Shown: positions 53,390 to 62,573 of the stretch, piece after piece | How the letters are laid out: each line of letters starts with the position of its first letter | Numbering within the stretch: position 1 is the stretch's first letter | NCBI GenBank assembly: GCA_963815115.1 | Contig: CAWFFN010000009.1 | Coordinates: forward strand, 992,001-1,056,000 | Source: an uncultured delta proteobacterium | Lineage (GTDB): Bacteria; Desulfobacterota; Binatia; DP-6 | DNA: 64,000 bases | Direction of reading: 5' to 3' | The notes under the pieces: generated by a model | Databases searched by the model: none | Told to the model about the DNA's origin: nothing | The model's input: only the letters and a program-made list of their open reading frames with translations | Position numbers and translations under genes: made by a program

Positions 53390-54556
53390 GTGTCGGTGCG
53401 CGATACCGCCCGCCTGCGCAACCGCCACGCGGTGGCAGGCATCGGCCTGTCGCGCTTCGGGAAGGTGCCCGGCGTGAGCGCGATGGGCTTCTGCCTCGAG
53501 GCCGCCAAGCGCGCCATCGACGACTGCGGCGTGGCGCGCGATCAGATCGACGGCGTGCTCTGCCTGATGCCCGCACAGATGGGCGAGCAGCACGGCTGGG
53601 CGTCGCGGGTGGCCGCGTTCCTCGGCATCACCCCGTCGTTCTGCGCCACCATGGACATGGGCGGTGCGACGGCGGTCGGCATGATGCAGACCGCCGTGAT
53701 GGCGATCGAGGCGGGTTTCTGCGAGGTCGTGCTGTGCACGTTCGGGACGCAGACCAATCCGCAGGGAATCATCCCGCAGCTCTTCGGCTCGCCCTGGACG
53801 ATCCCCTACGGCGACGTCGGCGCCATCACCTTCATGGGGCACCTGGCGCGACGGCAGATGCACGAGCACGGCATCACCAGCGTCGACTACGGCCACATCG
53901 CGGTCACCTGGCGGCGTCACGCGCTGCGCAACCCCGACGCCCAGATGAAGAAGCCCATCACGCTCGAGGATCATCAGTCGTCGCGTTTCGTGAACGAGCC
54001 GCTGCGTCTGTTCGACTGCTGCCTGTTCACGGACGGAGGCGGAGCGTTCGTCGTCACCACGGCCGAGCGCGCGCGCGATCTCCGGCAGCGACCCGCGCTC
54101 ATCGCCGGGCTGGGGCAGGTGCACTCCTCCGAGGTCATCCGCCCGTACGACGACGGCCGCGGCGGGGGCCGCGAGGCGGGCGCGCAGGCCTATCGCATGG
54201 CCGGCTGCGCGCCGGCGGACATCGACGTGGCGCAGCTCTACGACGCCTTCACGCCGCGCGTGGTGCACGACCTGGTGCACTACGGCTTCGCCGGCTGGGA
54301 CGAGGTGGGTCCGCTCGCCGCGTCGGGGCAGCTCACCCTGGGGGGCAAGCTGCCGTGCAACACGGCCGGCGGCCTGCTCTCGGAGGGACACCTGTCGGGC
54401 ATGAACCACGTCGCGGAGGCGGTCCGGCAGGTCAGGGGCACGTCGTGCAACCAGGTGGCGGGCGTGGCGCTCTCCATGGTGACGGGCTACGGCGGCGCAC
54501 CCCACGAGGCGCCGCCGACCGTCGCCTACACCGCGGCCATCCTGTCCCGGCCATGA
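53390..54556 (+). CDS. Thiolase-superfamily protein lacking the N-terminal catalytic Cys (Ltp2/SCP2-type)
   Basis: MDMGGAT in place of Cys, PLRLFDCC..TDGG.A, AQLYDAFT, NTAGGLLSEGH. Confidence 0.85.
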   Translation: MSVRDTARLRNRHAVAGIGLSRFGKVPGVSAMGFCLEAAKRAIDDCGVARDQIDGVLCLMPAQMGEQHGWASRVAAFLGITPSFCATMDMGGATAVGMMQTAVMAIEAGFCEVVLCTFGTQTNPQGIIPQLFGSPWTIPYGDVGAITFMGHLARRQMHEHGITSVDYGHIAVTWRRHALRNPDAQMKKPITLEDHQSSRFVNEPLRLFDCCLFTDGGGAFVVTTAERARDLRQRPALIAGLGQVHSSEVIRPYDDGRGGGREAGAQAYRMAGCAPADIDVAQLYDAFTPRVVHDLVHYGFAGWDEVGPLAASGQLTLGGKLPCNTAGGLLSEGHLSGMNHVAEAVRQVRGTSCNQVAGVALSMVTGYGGAPHEAPPTVAYTAAILSRP

Positions 54557-55392
54557 CGGTCACGCGGCGCGATCTCGTCGTCGACGGACTGCGGCTCCAC
54601 GTCGCCGAGGCGGGCGAGGGTCCGGCGCTGCTGCTGGTGCACGGCCTGACGGCGTCGCACGCGGTGTGGGAGCACACGCTCGCGGCCTTCGCGGAGCGCT
54701 GGCACGTGATCGCGCTCGACCTGCCCGGCCACGGTTCGTCGGCCAAGCCCGATGCGCCCTACACCATCGACTTCTTCGCCGGCATGGTGCGCAGCCTGGC
54801 GCGTGCCATCGGCGTCGACGAGGCGGTGGTGGTCGGCAGCTCGCTCGGCGGCCGCGTCGCGCTGGAGCTGGCGGCCTGGTATCCGACCTTCACCCGCGCG
54901 CTCGTTCTCGCGGCGCCCGCCTACGGATACTCGCCCGCCATGCGACCGATCGGCCGCGCCCTGCAGGCGTTCACCGGACCGCGCGTGCTGCGGGCCACCC
55001 TGGACGAGGCGTTCCAGCAGAGCTTCCACGATCGGCGCACGATCGGCCACGTGACTCGCCGCCGTATCCTGGAGGAGCGCCTGCTCGCGGAGGACTTCCC
55101 GGAGTTCGCGCGCGCCGTGGCGCGATCGCTCGGCGGCGTGCTGGCGGCCGATGTGCAGCCGCTCGAGCGCGTGCACCAGCCCGTCCTGCTGGTGTGGGGG
55201 CGGCAGGACCGTCTCGTGCCGCTCGCGCGCAGCACGCGCCTGCTGCTACACGTCCCGCATGCCCGCCTGCACGTGCTCGATCGGTGCGGGCATCTGCCGA
55301 TGCTGGAGCAGCCGGCGGCGTTCAATCACGTGGTGAGCGAGTTCCTGCGCGCCGCGCTGGCGGCGCCGCGTCCGGTCGCCGGAGTCGTGTGA
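54553..55392 (+). CDS. Alpha/beta hydrolase
   Basis: LVHGL, DLPGHG.S, GSSLGG, WGRQD, CGHLPMLEQP. Confidence 0.9.
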   Translation: MTVTRRDLVVDGLRLHVAEAGEGPALLLVHGLTASHAVWEHTLAAFAERWHVIALDLPGHGSSAKPDAPYTIDFFAGMVRSLARAIGVDEAVVVGSSLGGRVALELAAWYPTFTRALVLAAPAYGYSPAMRPIGRALQAFTGPRVLRATLDEAFQQSFHDRRTIGHVTRRRILEERLLAEDFPEFARAVARSLGGVLAADVQPLERVHQPVLLVWGRQDRLVPLARSTRLLLHVPHARLHVLDRCGHLPMLEQPAAFNHVVSEFLRAALAAPRPVAGVV

Positions 55393-55820
55393 TGTTCACC
55401 ATCGACAAGCCGCTGCCCGCGATCACGGAGGACGGCGCGCCCTACTGGGCCGCCTGCCGCGAGGGCCGGCTCGCCGTCCAGCGCTGCACCGGCTGCGGCC
55501 ACCTGCGCTTTCCGCCGGCCGTTCTCTGTCCCAGGTGCCTCGTCGAAGAGCACGAATGGACGCCGCTCTCCGGGCGCGGGGCGATCTACTCCTTCATCGT
55601 CGTCCACCGGCCGCAGCACCCGGCCTTCTTCGCCGATGCCCCGTACAACGTGGCCATCGTCGAGCTGGAGGAAGGCATCCGGCTGCACGCCAACGTGATC
55701 GGGTGTCCCAACGACGAGCTGCGCATCGGGATGCCGGTCGAGGTGGTGTTCGAGAAGATCGACGACGAGGTGACGCTGCCACGGTTCCGCCCACGGCGGT
55801 CGGGTCAGCCCCAGCCGTGA
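55392..55820 (+). CDS. DUF35 Zn-ribbon/OB-fold protein
   Basis: QRCTGCG..FPP...CPRC, SGRG.IYSF, PY.VAIVELEEG, IGMPVEV.F. Confidence 0.9.
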   Translation: MFTIDKPLPAITEDGAPYWAACREGRLAVQRCTGCGHLRFPPAVLCPRCLVEEHEWTPLSGRGAIYSFIVVHRPQHPAFFADAPYNVAIVELEEGIRLHANVIGCPNDELRIGMPVEVVFEKIDDEVTLPRFRPRRSGQPQP

Positions 55821-56845
55821 GGCGTATCCTCGTCGTCACGCTCGCGTGTGTCGTGGCCGTCCTGGTCACGGGCTGTGACTGGCTCGTCGACCGTCAGATC
55901 GAGCGCGGGCTGCGCCACACGCGGACCGACCTCCTGGCCGCGCCCGATCTTCACGTCGTCCTCTGCGGCACCGGCTCGCCGTTGCCCGATCCCCGCCGTG
56001 CCTCGGCCTGCACCGCGATCGTGGCGGGCGGCGAGCTGCTGCTGGTGGACGCCGGACCGGGCTCCTGGGAGGTCGTCGACGGCGCGGGACTTCCCGGTGC
56101 GGCGCTGAGCGGCGTCCTCCTCACGCACTTCCATTCCGATCACATCGGCGACCTCGGCGAGGCGATCACCCAGAGCTGGATCGCCGGGCGGTCCCGCCCC
56201 CTCGACGTGTACGGCCCTCCGGGCACGGCGCGCGTCGTCGACGGGTTCGCAGAGGCCTACGCCGCCGACGTCGGCTACCGCGTGGCGCACCACGGCGAGG
56301 CCGCGATGCCCCGGGCGGCCGCCGGCGCCGTGGCCCACGAGGTCACGCTGGGTCCGGAGCCGGACGCGTCGGCAACGGTCTTCGATCGCAACGGACTCCG
56401 CGTGACGATGTTCCGCGTTGATCATGCCCCGGTCGAGCCCGCCGTCGGCTATCGCTTCGACTACAAGGGCCGCTCCGTGGTGGTGAGCGGCGACACCCGC
56501 AAGAGCGCCAGCGTCGCGGAGCACGCCCGCGGTGCCGACCTGCTGGTGCACGAGGCGCTGCAGCGCGATCTCATCGGACGCGTGCCGCCGGTGGCCACTC
56601 GACTGGGCAACTCGAGGCTCGCGAAGATGGCGGGGGACATCCTCACCTACCACACGACGCCGGTGGAGGCGGCCGAGGTCGCCCGCGACGCCGGTGTCGG
56701 GCATCTCGTGCTGACGCACCTCGTCCCGGGCCCGTCGAACTTCCTCACCCGGAGGATGTTCCTGCGCGGGGTCGCGGACACCTACCACGGCGAGGTGACG
56801 CTCGGAGAGGACGGTGACGAGTTCGTGCTCGCGCCGAAAGGGTAG
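55817..56845 (+). CDS. MBL-fold metallo-hydrolase (RNase Z/AtsA-like), probable lipoprotein
   Basis: Lipobox-like LVTGC; CGTGSP, THFHSDHIGD, SGDT, VHEA, YHT, LTHLVP. Confidence 0.85.
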   Translation: MRRILVVTLACVVAVLVTGCDWLVDRQIERGLRHTRTDLLAAPDLHVVLCGTGSPLPDPRRASACTAIVAGGELLLVDAGPGSWEVVDGAGLPGAALSGVLLTHFHSDHIGDLGEAITQSWIAGRSRPLDVYGPPGTARVVDGFAEAYAADVGYRVAHHGEAAMPRAAAGAVAHEVTLGPEPDASATVFDRNGLRVTMFRVDHAPVEPAVGYRFDYKGRSVVVSGDTRKSASVAEHARGADLLVHEALQRDLIGRVPPVATRLGNSRLAKMAGDILTYHTTPVEAAEVARDAGVGHLVLTHLVPGPSNFLTRRMFLRGVADTYHGEVTLGEDGDEFVLAPKG

Positions 56846-56908
56846 GCGCGCGCGTCCGACCGGGCGTGCCGGTTTGACTCGGGCGGGGCGCCACCCTACC
56901 GAGCCTTC

Positions 56909-57715
56909 ATGAAGCTCGGCGTGATGATCCGGAACATGGGGCCCGCCTCCACCCGCGAGATCGTCGCCGCGGCGGCGCGCGCGACCGACGCCGTCCCCGC
57001 CGTCGCGGACGTCTGGGTCGTCGACCACATCGCGATTCCGCCCGACGACGCGGAGGGCTCCGGGGGCCGCTACCTCGATCCGCTCGCCACGCTCGCGTTC
57101 CTCGCCGGGGTCACGACGCGTGTCGGGCTGGGGAGCGCCGTGCTCGTGCTCCCCTATCGCCCGGCGCTCCCGACGGCGAAGTGGGTGGCCACCATCCAGG
57201 AGCTGTCGGGCGAGCGACTTCTCCTCGGCGTCGGGGTCGGATGGATGGCCGCCGAGTTCCGTGCCCTCGGTGTCGACCGCTCGCGGCGTGGTCGCATTGC
57301 CGACGAGACGCTCGCGTTCCTGGACGGTTGTTTCGCCGGCGACATCGTGTACGCGAACGACCAGCCGTTCCTCTTTCAGCCCCGCCCAGCACGGCCGCCG
57401 CTGTTCATCGGCGGCTCGCCGCCGCTCGCGTTCCCCCGCGCGCTCGCGCATCGGGCGGGCTGGATGCCCATGGGCCTCGCGCCCGAAGCGCTGCGCGGGC
57501 CGGCGTCCGACCTCCGGCAACAGGCCGCTGCCGCCGGGCTTCCCGCTCCGGAGATCGCCGTCCTGACGGCGCTGCCGCTCGGTGATCCGCCCGCGGCGCG
57601 CGCCCTCGTGGCGGCGTATCGCGACGCCGGAGCCACCCGCCTGATCCACGGCGGCCGCTACACCGGGCTCGACGAGTTTCGTCGCGGCCTGGACGGAGTC
57701 GCCGCGGCGGCGTGA
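56909..57715 (+). CDS. LLM-class (probably F420-dependent) oxidoreductase
   Basis: VWVVDHIAIP, DPLATLAFLAG.T, VLVLPYR, GVGVGW..EF. Confidence 0.85.
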   Translation: MKLGVMIRNMGPASTREIVAAAARATDAVPAVADVWVVDHIAIPPDDAEGSGGRYLDPLATLAFLAGVTTRVGLGSAVLVLPYRPALPTAKWVATIQELSGERLLLGVGVGWMAAEFRALGVDRSRRGRIADETLAFLDGCFAGDIVYANDQPFLFQPRPARPPLFIGGSPPLAFPRALAHRAGWMPMGLAPEALRGPASDLRQQAAAAGLPAPEIAVLTALPLGDPPAARALVAAYRDAGATRLIHGGRYTGLDEFRRGLDGVAAAA

Positions 57716-57726
57716 ACGCCGGGACG

Positions 57727-57880
57727 TTGACTGCCCTCTCGCCGGCGGGTATCCCGGCAGTGCCCCTTCCCGGGGCCGCATGAGGCGCTAGAGCTCCAAC
57801 TCACTCCGGAGCGTTCCGGACTGGCCTCTCGCCGCTGGCGAGAGTGGGCCGCCGCGCTGCGCGGCGATGGAGTTCGTCCC
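57727..57880 (+). promoter_or_regulatory. Promoter plus structured leader with uORF (MRR): putative translational attenuator of the ABC-F gene
   Basis: TTGACT-17-TATCCC; ATG AGG CGC TAG at 57780-91; GAGCTCCA(57791-98) pairs with TGGAGTTC(57868-75), which contains the SD. Confidence 0.65.
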
Positions 57881-59395
57881 ATGGTGCTGTCCCTGGCGCA
57901 CGTGTCGTTCGCCTACGCGGACGCCGTGCCGATTCTCATCGAGGTCACGCATGCCTTCGAGCCCGGATGGCACGGGCTCGTCGGTGCGAACGGCTCCGGC
58001 AAGACCACCTTGCTGGGCCTCCTGTCGGGCGCGCTGCAACCGAGCCGGGGCCTGGTGCGTCGACTGCCTCCTGGCCTCACCGTCCGGTCGTGCCCGCAGG
58101 GAGTCGAAGACCTCGAGCACGACGTCGTCGCCTTCGCGGCGGCGAAGAGCGGGCTCGCGTCGAGACTCCGAGGCCGCCTGGCGCTCGACCCGCGAACGCT
58201 CGAGCGCTGGGCCTCGCTCTCGCCCGGCGAGCGCAAGCGCTGGCAGGTGGGGGCGGCACTCGCCGACGATCCCGGCGTCCTGCTGCTCGACGAGCCGACG
58301 AACCATCTCGACCGGGAGGGACGGGCGCTCCTGCTCGAGGTCCTCATGCGCTTCCGCGGGATCGGCATCGTCGTCTCCCACGACCGCGGCCTGCTGAACG
58401 CCCTCACCACCGCCACGCTCCGCCTCGCGGGCGGCGCGCTGCGCGCCTGGCCGGAAGGGTACGACGTGGCGCGCGATCTCTGGGAGGCGGAGGAGCGCCG
58501 CGAGCAGGAGACCTATCGCGCCGTCCGTGCGAAGGCGCACCGGCTCGAGCGCCGCCTCGCGCACTCGCTGGAGCAGCGCTCGCACGCTGCTGCCCGGATG
58601 CGCACCAGCAAGCGGATGAAGGGTCCGCGCGACAGCGCCGCCCGCGGCGCCTTCAAGGCCGCGCGGCGGCGCTCGGCCGAGAAATCCTGGGCGCGACAGG
58701 TCCGCCTGGTCGACCATGCGCTCGAGCGCGTCCAGGCCGAGGCGGCACGATATCACTTCGAACGCCGGCTGGGCCGCCATCTCGACGTGGCGGAGGCGCG
58801 CGCCGCGGCGCCCGTGGTGCTCCGCATCGATGCCTCCGTCCTCCGGGCCGGTGCGCGCGACCTCCTGCACGACGTGCATCTCACGCTGGCGCGCTCCGAT
58901 CGCGTCCGCGTCTTCGGCCCGAACGGCGCCGGCAAGAGCACGCTGCTCGGCGCGTTGCTCGACGCGGCGACCCTGCCGCGCGATCGCATCCTGCATCTGC
59001 CGCAGGAGCTGAGCGGCACCTCGGGCGCGGCGTGCCTCGAGGACGTGCGCCGCCTTCCCGCCGAGACGCGCGGCCGGCTTCTCACCATCCTCGCCGGCCT
59101 CGGCGTCGACCCGGACCGGCTGCTCGCGTCGCGCAGGCCGTCCCCGGGGGAGGCGCGGAAGCTCTGGCTGGCGCATGGCCTGGCGCGGCAGGTGTGGGCC
59201 GTCGTGCTGGACGAGCCCACCAACCACCTCGACCTGCCGTCGATCGAGCGCCTGGAGGACACGCTGGCGGACTACTCCGGGGCCCTCCTGCTGGTCACCC
59301 ACGACGATGCGCTGGCACGCCGCGTGACGGCGACGCGGTGGGCGATCGAGGCGGGCCGCGTCGAGGTCGTCTCCGAGCTCGCGGCGGCACCGTGA
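57881..59395 (+). CDS. ABC-F family ATPase (ribosome-associated, ARE-like)
   Basis: Two NBDs ([22 protein letters not shown]; [22 protein letters not shown]), long basic linker, no TM domain. Confidence 0.88.
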   Translation: MVLSLAHVSFAYADAVPILIEVTHAFEPGWHGLVGANGSGKTTLLGLLSGALQPSRGLVRRLPPGLTVRSCPQGVEDLEHDVVAFAAAKSGLASRLRGRLALDPRTLERWASLSPGERKRWQVGAALADDPGVLLLDEPTNHLDREGRALLLEVLMRFRGIGIVVSHDRGLLNALTTATLRLAGGALRAWPEGYDVARDLWEAEERREQETYRAVRAKAHRLERRLAHSLEQRSHAAARMRTSKRMKGPRDSAARGAFKAARRRSAEKSWARQVRLVDHALERVQAEAARYHFERRLGRHLDVAEARAAAPVVLRIDASVLRAGARDLLHDVHLTLARSDRVRVFGPNGAGKSTLLGALLDAATLPRDRILHLPQELSGTSGAACLEDVRRLPAETRGRLLTILAGLGVDPDRLLASRRPSPGEARKLWLAHGLARQVWAVVLDEPTNHLDLPSIERLEDTLADYSGALLLVTHDDALARRVTATRWAIEAGRVEVVSELAAAP

Positions 59396-59409
59396 ACCGC
59401 CGTCGGCTC

Positions 59410-60030
59410 TCAGATCTTCGGGATGCGCACCGTCTTGCTGATCATCAGCGAGCCCGACAGCGCCCACAGCCCGACGAGCGGATGCAGGACGGCGGGGCCG
59501 AGCACGAGGGCGCCGCCCCACAGCCGGTCGCCGATGCGGTCGCCGTTCAGCGCGAGGGCGATCAGGCAGACGAGCAGCACGCTGGTCGGAATGGGCGTGC
59601 CCTCGAAGTAGCGGACCTTGTCGCCGCCCTGTGACAGCGCGTCGGCGGTGACGTTGAATCGTGCCAGCCGGCTGACCCCGCAGCACACGAAGTAGATCAG
59701 CACCACCTGGTCCCAGCCGCCGCGCATGCCGGCGGCGAAGGCGAGGAGCGCCGGGGCGACGCCGAACGAGATCACGTCCGCGAGCGAGTCCAGCTCGCGG
59801 CCGAGGAGCGAGTGCTTCTGGCGCCAGCGCGCGACGCGTCCGTCGACCACGTCCAGCAGGAGCGCGAGGGGCAGGAGCGCGCACGCGACCAGCAGGTGGC
59901 CGCGCCCCCCGTCGGCCACGAAGCGCAGGGCCGAGAAGCACGCCGAGACCCCGGCGGCGGCGTTCCCCAGGGTCAGCCAGTCCGCGGCATGGAAGCCGCG
60001 GAGCATCGAAAAGTGACGCGCGTCGCCCAT
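59410..60030 (-). CDS. pssA: CDP-diacylglycerol--serine O-phosphatidyltransferase
   Basis: DVVDGRVAR..S.LG.ELDSLADVISFGVAP, RLARFN, FEGTPIP. Confidence 0.85.
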   Translation of the reverse strand: MGDARHFSMLRGFHAADWLTLGNAAAGVSACFSALRFVADGGRGHLLVACALLPLALLLDVVDGRVARWRQKHSLLGRELDSLADVISFGVAPALLAFAAGMRGGWDQVVLIYFVCCGVSRLARFNVTADALSQGGDKVRYFEGTPIPTSVLLVCLIALALNGDRIGDRLWGGALVLGPAVLHPLVGLWALSGSLMISKTVRIPKI

Positions 60031-60077
60031 GGCGCGGCAGACTAGGCGGCTTGCCCTCGATGTGGAACAAGCCCGGG

Positions 60078-60638
60078 ATGCAGCCCGTCCCGCTGACGCC
60101 TCACGCCCGGACTGCCACCGGTGCCGTGCGGCGCGTGGACGGCTGCGTGCAGCGTGCTCGTGACGGGACGCTGATAGTCAGATTCGGCCTCGAGGGACGG
60201 CTTTCCGCCCTGCGCATCCCGCCGACGACGGAGCCGCGACGCGGACACGAGCTCTGGCGGCACACGTGCTTCGAGGCCTTCGTCGCTCGTGACGGCACCA
60301 CCGAGTATCACGAGGTCAACCTCGCGCCCTCGCGGGAGTGGGCGGTGTACGCTTTTCGCGCCTATCGCGACGGCGAGCCGCTGGACGACGAGGCACTGGC
60401 GCCCCGGATCGCCGTGCGCCGGCAGGCGGATCGGCTCGAGCTGGACGCGCTCGTCGCGCTCGACCGGCTCTCGCCGCGGCATCGCGACGAGGCGCTGCGT
60501 GTCGCGCTGTCCGCCGTCGTCGAGGAGCACGACGGCACGCTGTCGTACTGGGCCCTGCGCCATCCGTCCGGCACGCCCGACTTCCATCACGCCGATGGGT
60601 TCGTGCTGCGGCTGGAGCCGCCCGACGTCGCGTGCTAG
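60078..60638 (+). CDS. DOMON-like domain protein
   Basis: LWRHTCFEAF, YHEVNLAPSREWAVY.F..YR, LSAVVE, SYWAL.H....PDFH. Confidence 0.78.
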   Translation: MQPVPLTPHARTATGAVRRVDGCVQRARDGTLIVRFGLEGRLSALRIPPTTEPRRGHELWRHTCFEAFVARDGTTEYHEVNLAPSREWAVYAFRAYRDGEPLDDEALAPRIAVRRQADRLELDALVALDRLSPRHRDEALRVALSAVVEEHDGTLSYWALRHPSGTPDFHHADGFVLRLEPPDVAC

Positions 60639-60650
60639 GCGCCTGAGGCC

Positions 60651-61856
60651 GTGAGATTCGGCATCGACCGCTTGCTGGAGGAGCCGGCCCTGCGGCGGTC
60701 GCTCGCCGGCCGGCGCGTGGCGCTGCTCGCGCACCCGGCGTCGGTGACCGGCGGCCTGACGCATGCCCTCGACGCGCTCGCCGCCCTCGGCGACGTGCGG
60801 CTGGTGGCGGCGTTCGGTCCCCAGCACGGGCTGCGCGGCGACAAGCAGGACAACATGATGGAGTCGCCGGACTTCACTGATCCCGTGCTGGGCATCCCCG
60901 TCTTCAGCCTCTACGGCGAGGTGCGGCGGCCGACGGCGGCCATGATGGATGCGTTCGACGTGCTCCTCGTCGACCTGCAGGACGTGGGCTGCCGCATCTA
61001 TACCTTCGTCACCACGCTGCGCTACGTGCTCGAGGAGGCGGCGGCGCGGCGCAAGGCGGTCTGGGTCCTCGACCGTCCGAACCCGGTCGGGCGCCCCGTC
61101 GAGGGGCTGCGGCTGCGCGCCGGCTGGGAGAGCTTCGTCGGTGCGGGGCCGCTGCCGATGCGGCACGGGCTCACGCTCGGGGAGCTGGCCCGCTGGTTCG
61201 TACGGACGCTCGGGCTCGACGTCGAGTACGAGGTCGTCACCATGGAGGGCTGGGAGCCCGCCCGCGCGCCGGGCTTCGGCTGGCCGCTCGGCGAGCGCGC
61301 CTGGGTGAACCCGAGCCCGAACGCGCCGAACCTCGGGATGGCGCGTTGCTTCCCCGGCACCGTCATGCTCGAGGGCACGACGCTGTCCGAGGGTCGCGGC
61401 ACCACGCGGCCGCTGGAGCTGCTCGGAGCGCCCGACCTCGACGCGCGGGCGCTCCTCGAGACGATGGCGTCGCTCGCGCCCCACTGGCTGGCCGGTTGCC
61501 GGCTGCGTGCGTGCTGGTTCGAGCCCACCTTCCACAAGCACGTCGGCCGGCTCTGCGCCGGGGTGCAGGTGCACGTCGACGACGGTGCCTACGATCATGA
61601 CGCCTTCCGGCCCTGGCGCCTCGTCGCACTCGCCTTGAAGGCGCTGCGCCGCCTGCTGCCCGACTACCCGCTGTGGCGCGACTTCGCCTACGAGTACGAG
61701 GTCGGCAAGCTCGGCTTCGACGTCATCAACGGCGGTCCGCATGTGCGCCAGTGGATCGACGACCCCGCGGCGACGCCGGCGGACCTGGACGGGATGGCGG
61801 CGCGTGACGAGGCGGACTGGCGAGCGGAGCGGGAGGGGGTGCTGATCTACCGGTGA
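60651..61856 (+). CDS. namZ: DUF1343 family exo-beta-N-acetylmuramidase NamZ-like
   Basis: FGPQHGLRG, SLYG..RRP, DLQDVGCRIYTF, LDRPNP, RHGLTLGE, PSPN, SEGRGTTRP. Confidence 0.85.
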   Translation: MRFGIDRLLEEPALRRSLAGRRVALLAHPASVTGGLTHALDALAALGDVRLVAAFGPQHGLRGDKQDNMMESPDFTDPVLGIPVFSLYGEVRRPTAAMMDAFDVLLVDLQDVGCRIYTFVTTLRYVLEEAAARRKAVWVLDRPNPVGRPVEGLRLRAGWESFVGAGPLPMRHGLTLGELARWFVRTLGLDVEYEVVTMEGWEPARAPGFGWPLGERAWVNPSPNAPNLGMARCFPGTVMLEGTTLSEGRGTTRPLELLGAPDLDARALLETMASLAPHWLAGCRLRACWFEPTFHKHVGRLCAGVQVHVDDGAYDHDAFRPWRLVALALKALRRLLPDYPLWRDFAYEYEVGKLGFDVINGGPHVRQWIDDPAATPADLDGMAARDEADWRAEREGVLIYR

Positions 61857-61891
61857 GAGTCGGCGTCGGGCAGCTCGAGGAGCATGCCGTG

Positions 61892-62278
61892 CTACGAGCG
61901 CCCGTGCGCCCGCAGGAAGACGGCAACGTCCGCCTTCGCAAGCCGCCCTTCCGCGACGCCGAGCACGAGATTGACCAGCGCGTCGTCCGTGGCGCGGACG
62001 CGGCGTCCGTTCAGGCGCAGGAAGACGAGACAGCACGCCAGGCCCACGCGCTTGTTGCCGTCCATGAAGGGATGGTTCTTCACCAGGTGGAACAGGTACG
62101 CGGCGGCCTGCTCCTCGAGCGATGGATGCAGGGACTCCCTGCCGACCGTCGCCTCGGGCATGGCCAGGGCGGACTCGAGCAGGCCGCGATCGCGCAGACC
62201 CAACCGCCCGCCGTAGCGCGCGATCTGGTGCGCGTGGATCGCGAGGACCTCGTCGAGCGTGAGGAAGCTGGTGGGCAG
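61892..62278 (-). CDS. doc: Doc (death-on-curing, Fic fold) toxin; start codon problematic
   Basis: FLTLDEVLAIH..I..YGG..G.RD.GLLESA, NHPFMDGNKR; the first near-cognate in-frame start for the conserved N-terminus is CTG at 62278. Confidence 0.85.
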   Translation of the reverse strand: MPTSFLTLDEVLAIHAHQIARYGGRLGLRDRGLLESALAMPEATVGRESLHPSLEEQAAAYLFHLVKNHPFMDGNKRVGLACCLVFLRLNGRRVRATDDALVNLVLGVAEGRLAKADVAVFLRAHGRS

Positions 62279-62281
62279 CGG

Positions 62282-62509
62282 TCACTCGGCGAGGCGACGG
62301 AACGCGCCCGCGTGCTCCCGATCGAGCTCGTCGAGGATCTTGCGCAGCTTGGCGGTCCGCCTCGCCGAGCGCAGCGGAGAGATGACGATCACGTCGCCGT
62401 CCGTCGAGACTTCGAGCTTGGTGCTGCCGTCGATGCCGGTGGCCTCGAGGAGCCCCTTGTCCAGGACGAGCGCGAGGCTGTTGCCGGTGCGCGTCAGCGT
62501 CTTCACCAT
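62282..62509 (-). CDS. AbrB/MazE-type antitoxin
   Basis: [17 protein letters not shown], directly upstream of doc. Confidence 0.85.
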   Translation of the reverse strand: MVKTLTRTGNSLALVLDKGLLEATGIDGSTKLEVSTDGDVIVISPLRSARRTAKLRKILDELDREHAGAFRRLAE

Positions 62510-62573
62510 GGTACGGACAGGATTGCAGGACCGTACGGACCGCGCAACTCGGGTCGGGGGGACGAGACCGCGG

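Noticed and set aside
62270-62290. In-frame TGA codons (here and at 28872) as selenocysteine
   Set aside because: They fall at normal gene ends, not at Cys-equivalent catalytic positions; no convincing SECIS seen
61860-62570. TA pair as the marker of a mobile element or prophage
   Set aside because: No integrase, transposase, att-like repeats or phage genes in the window
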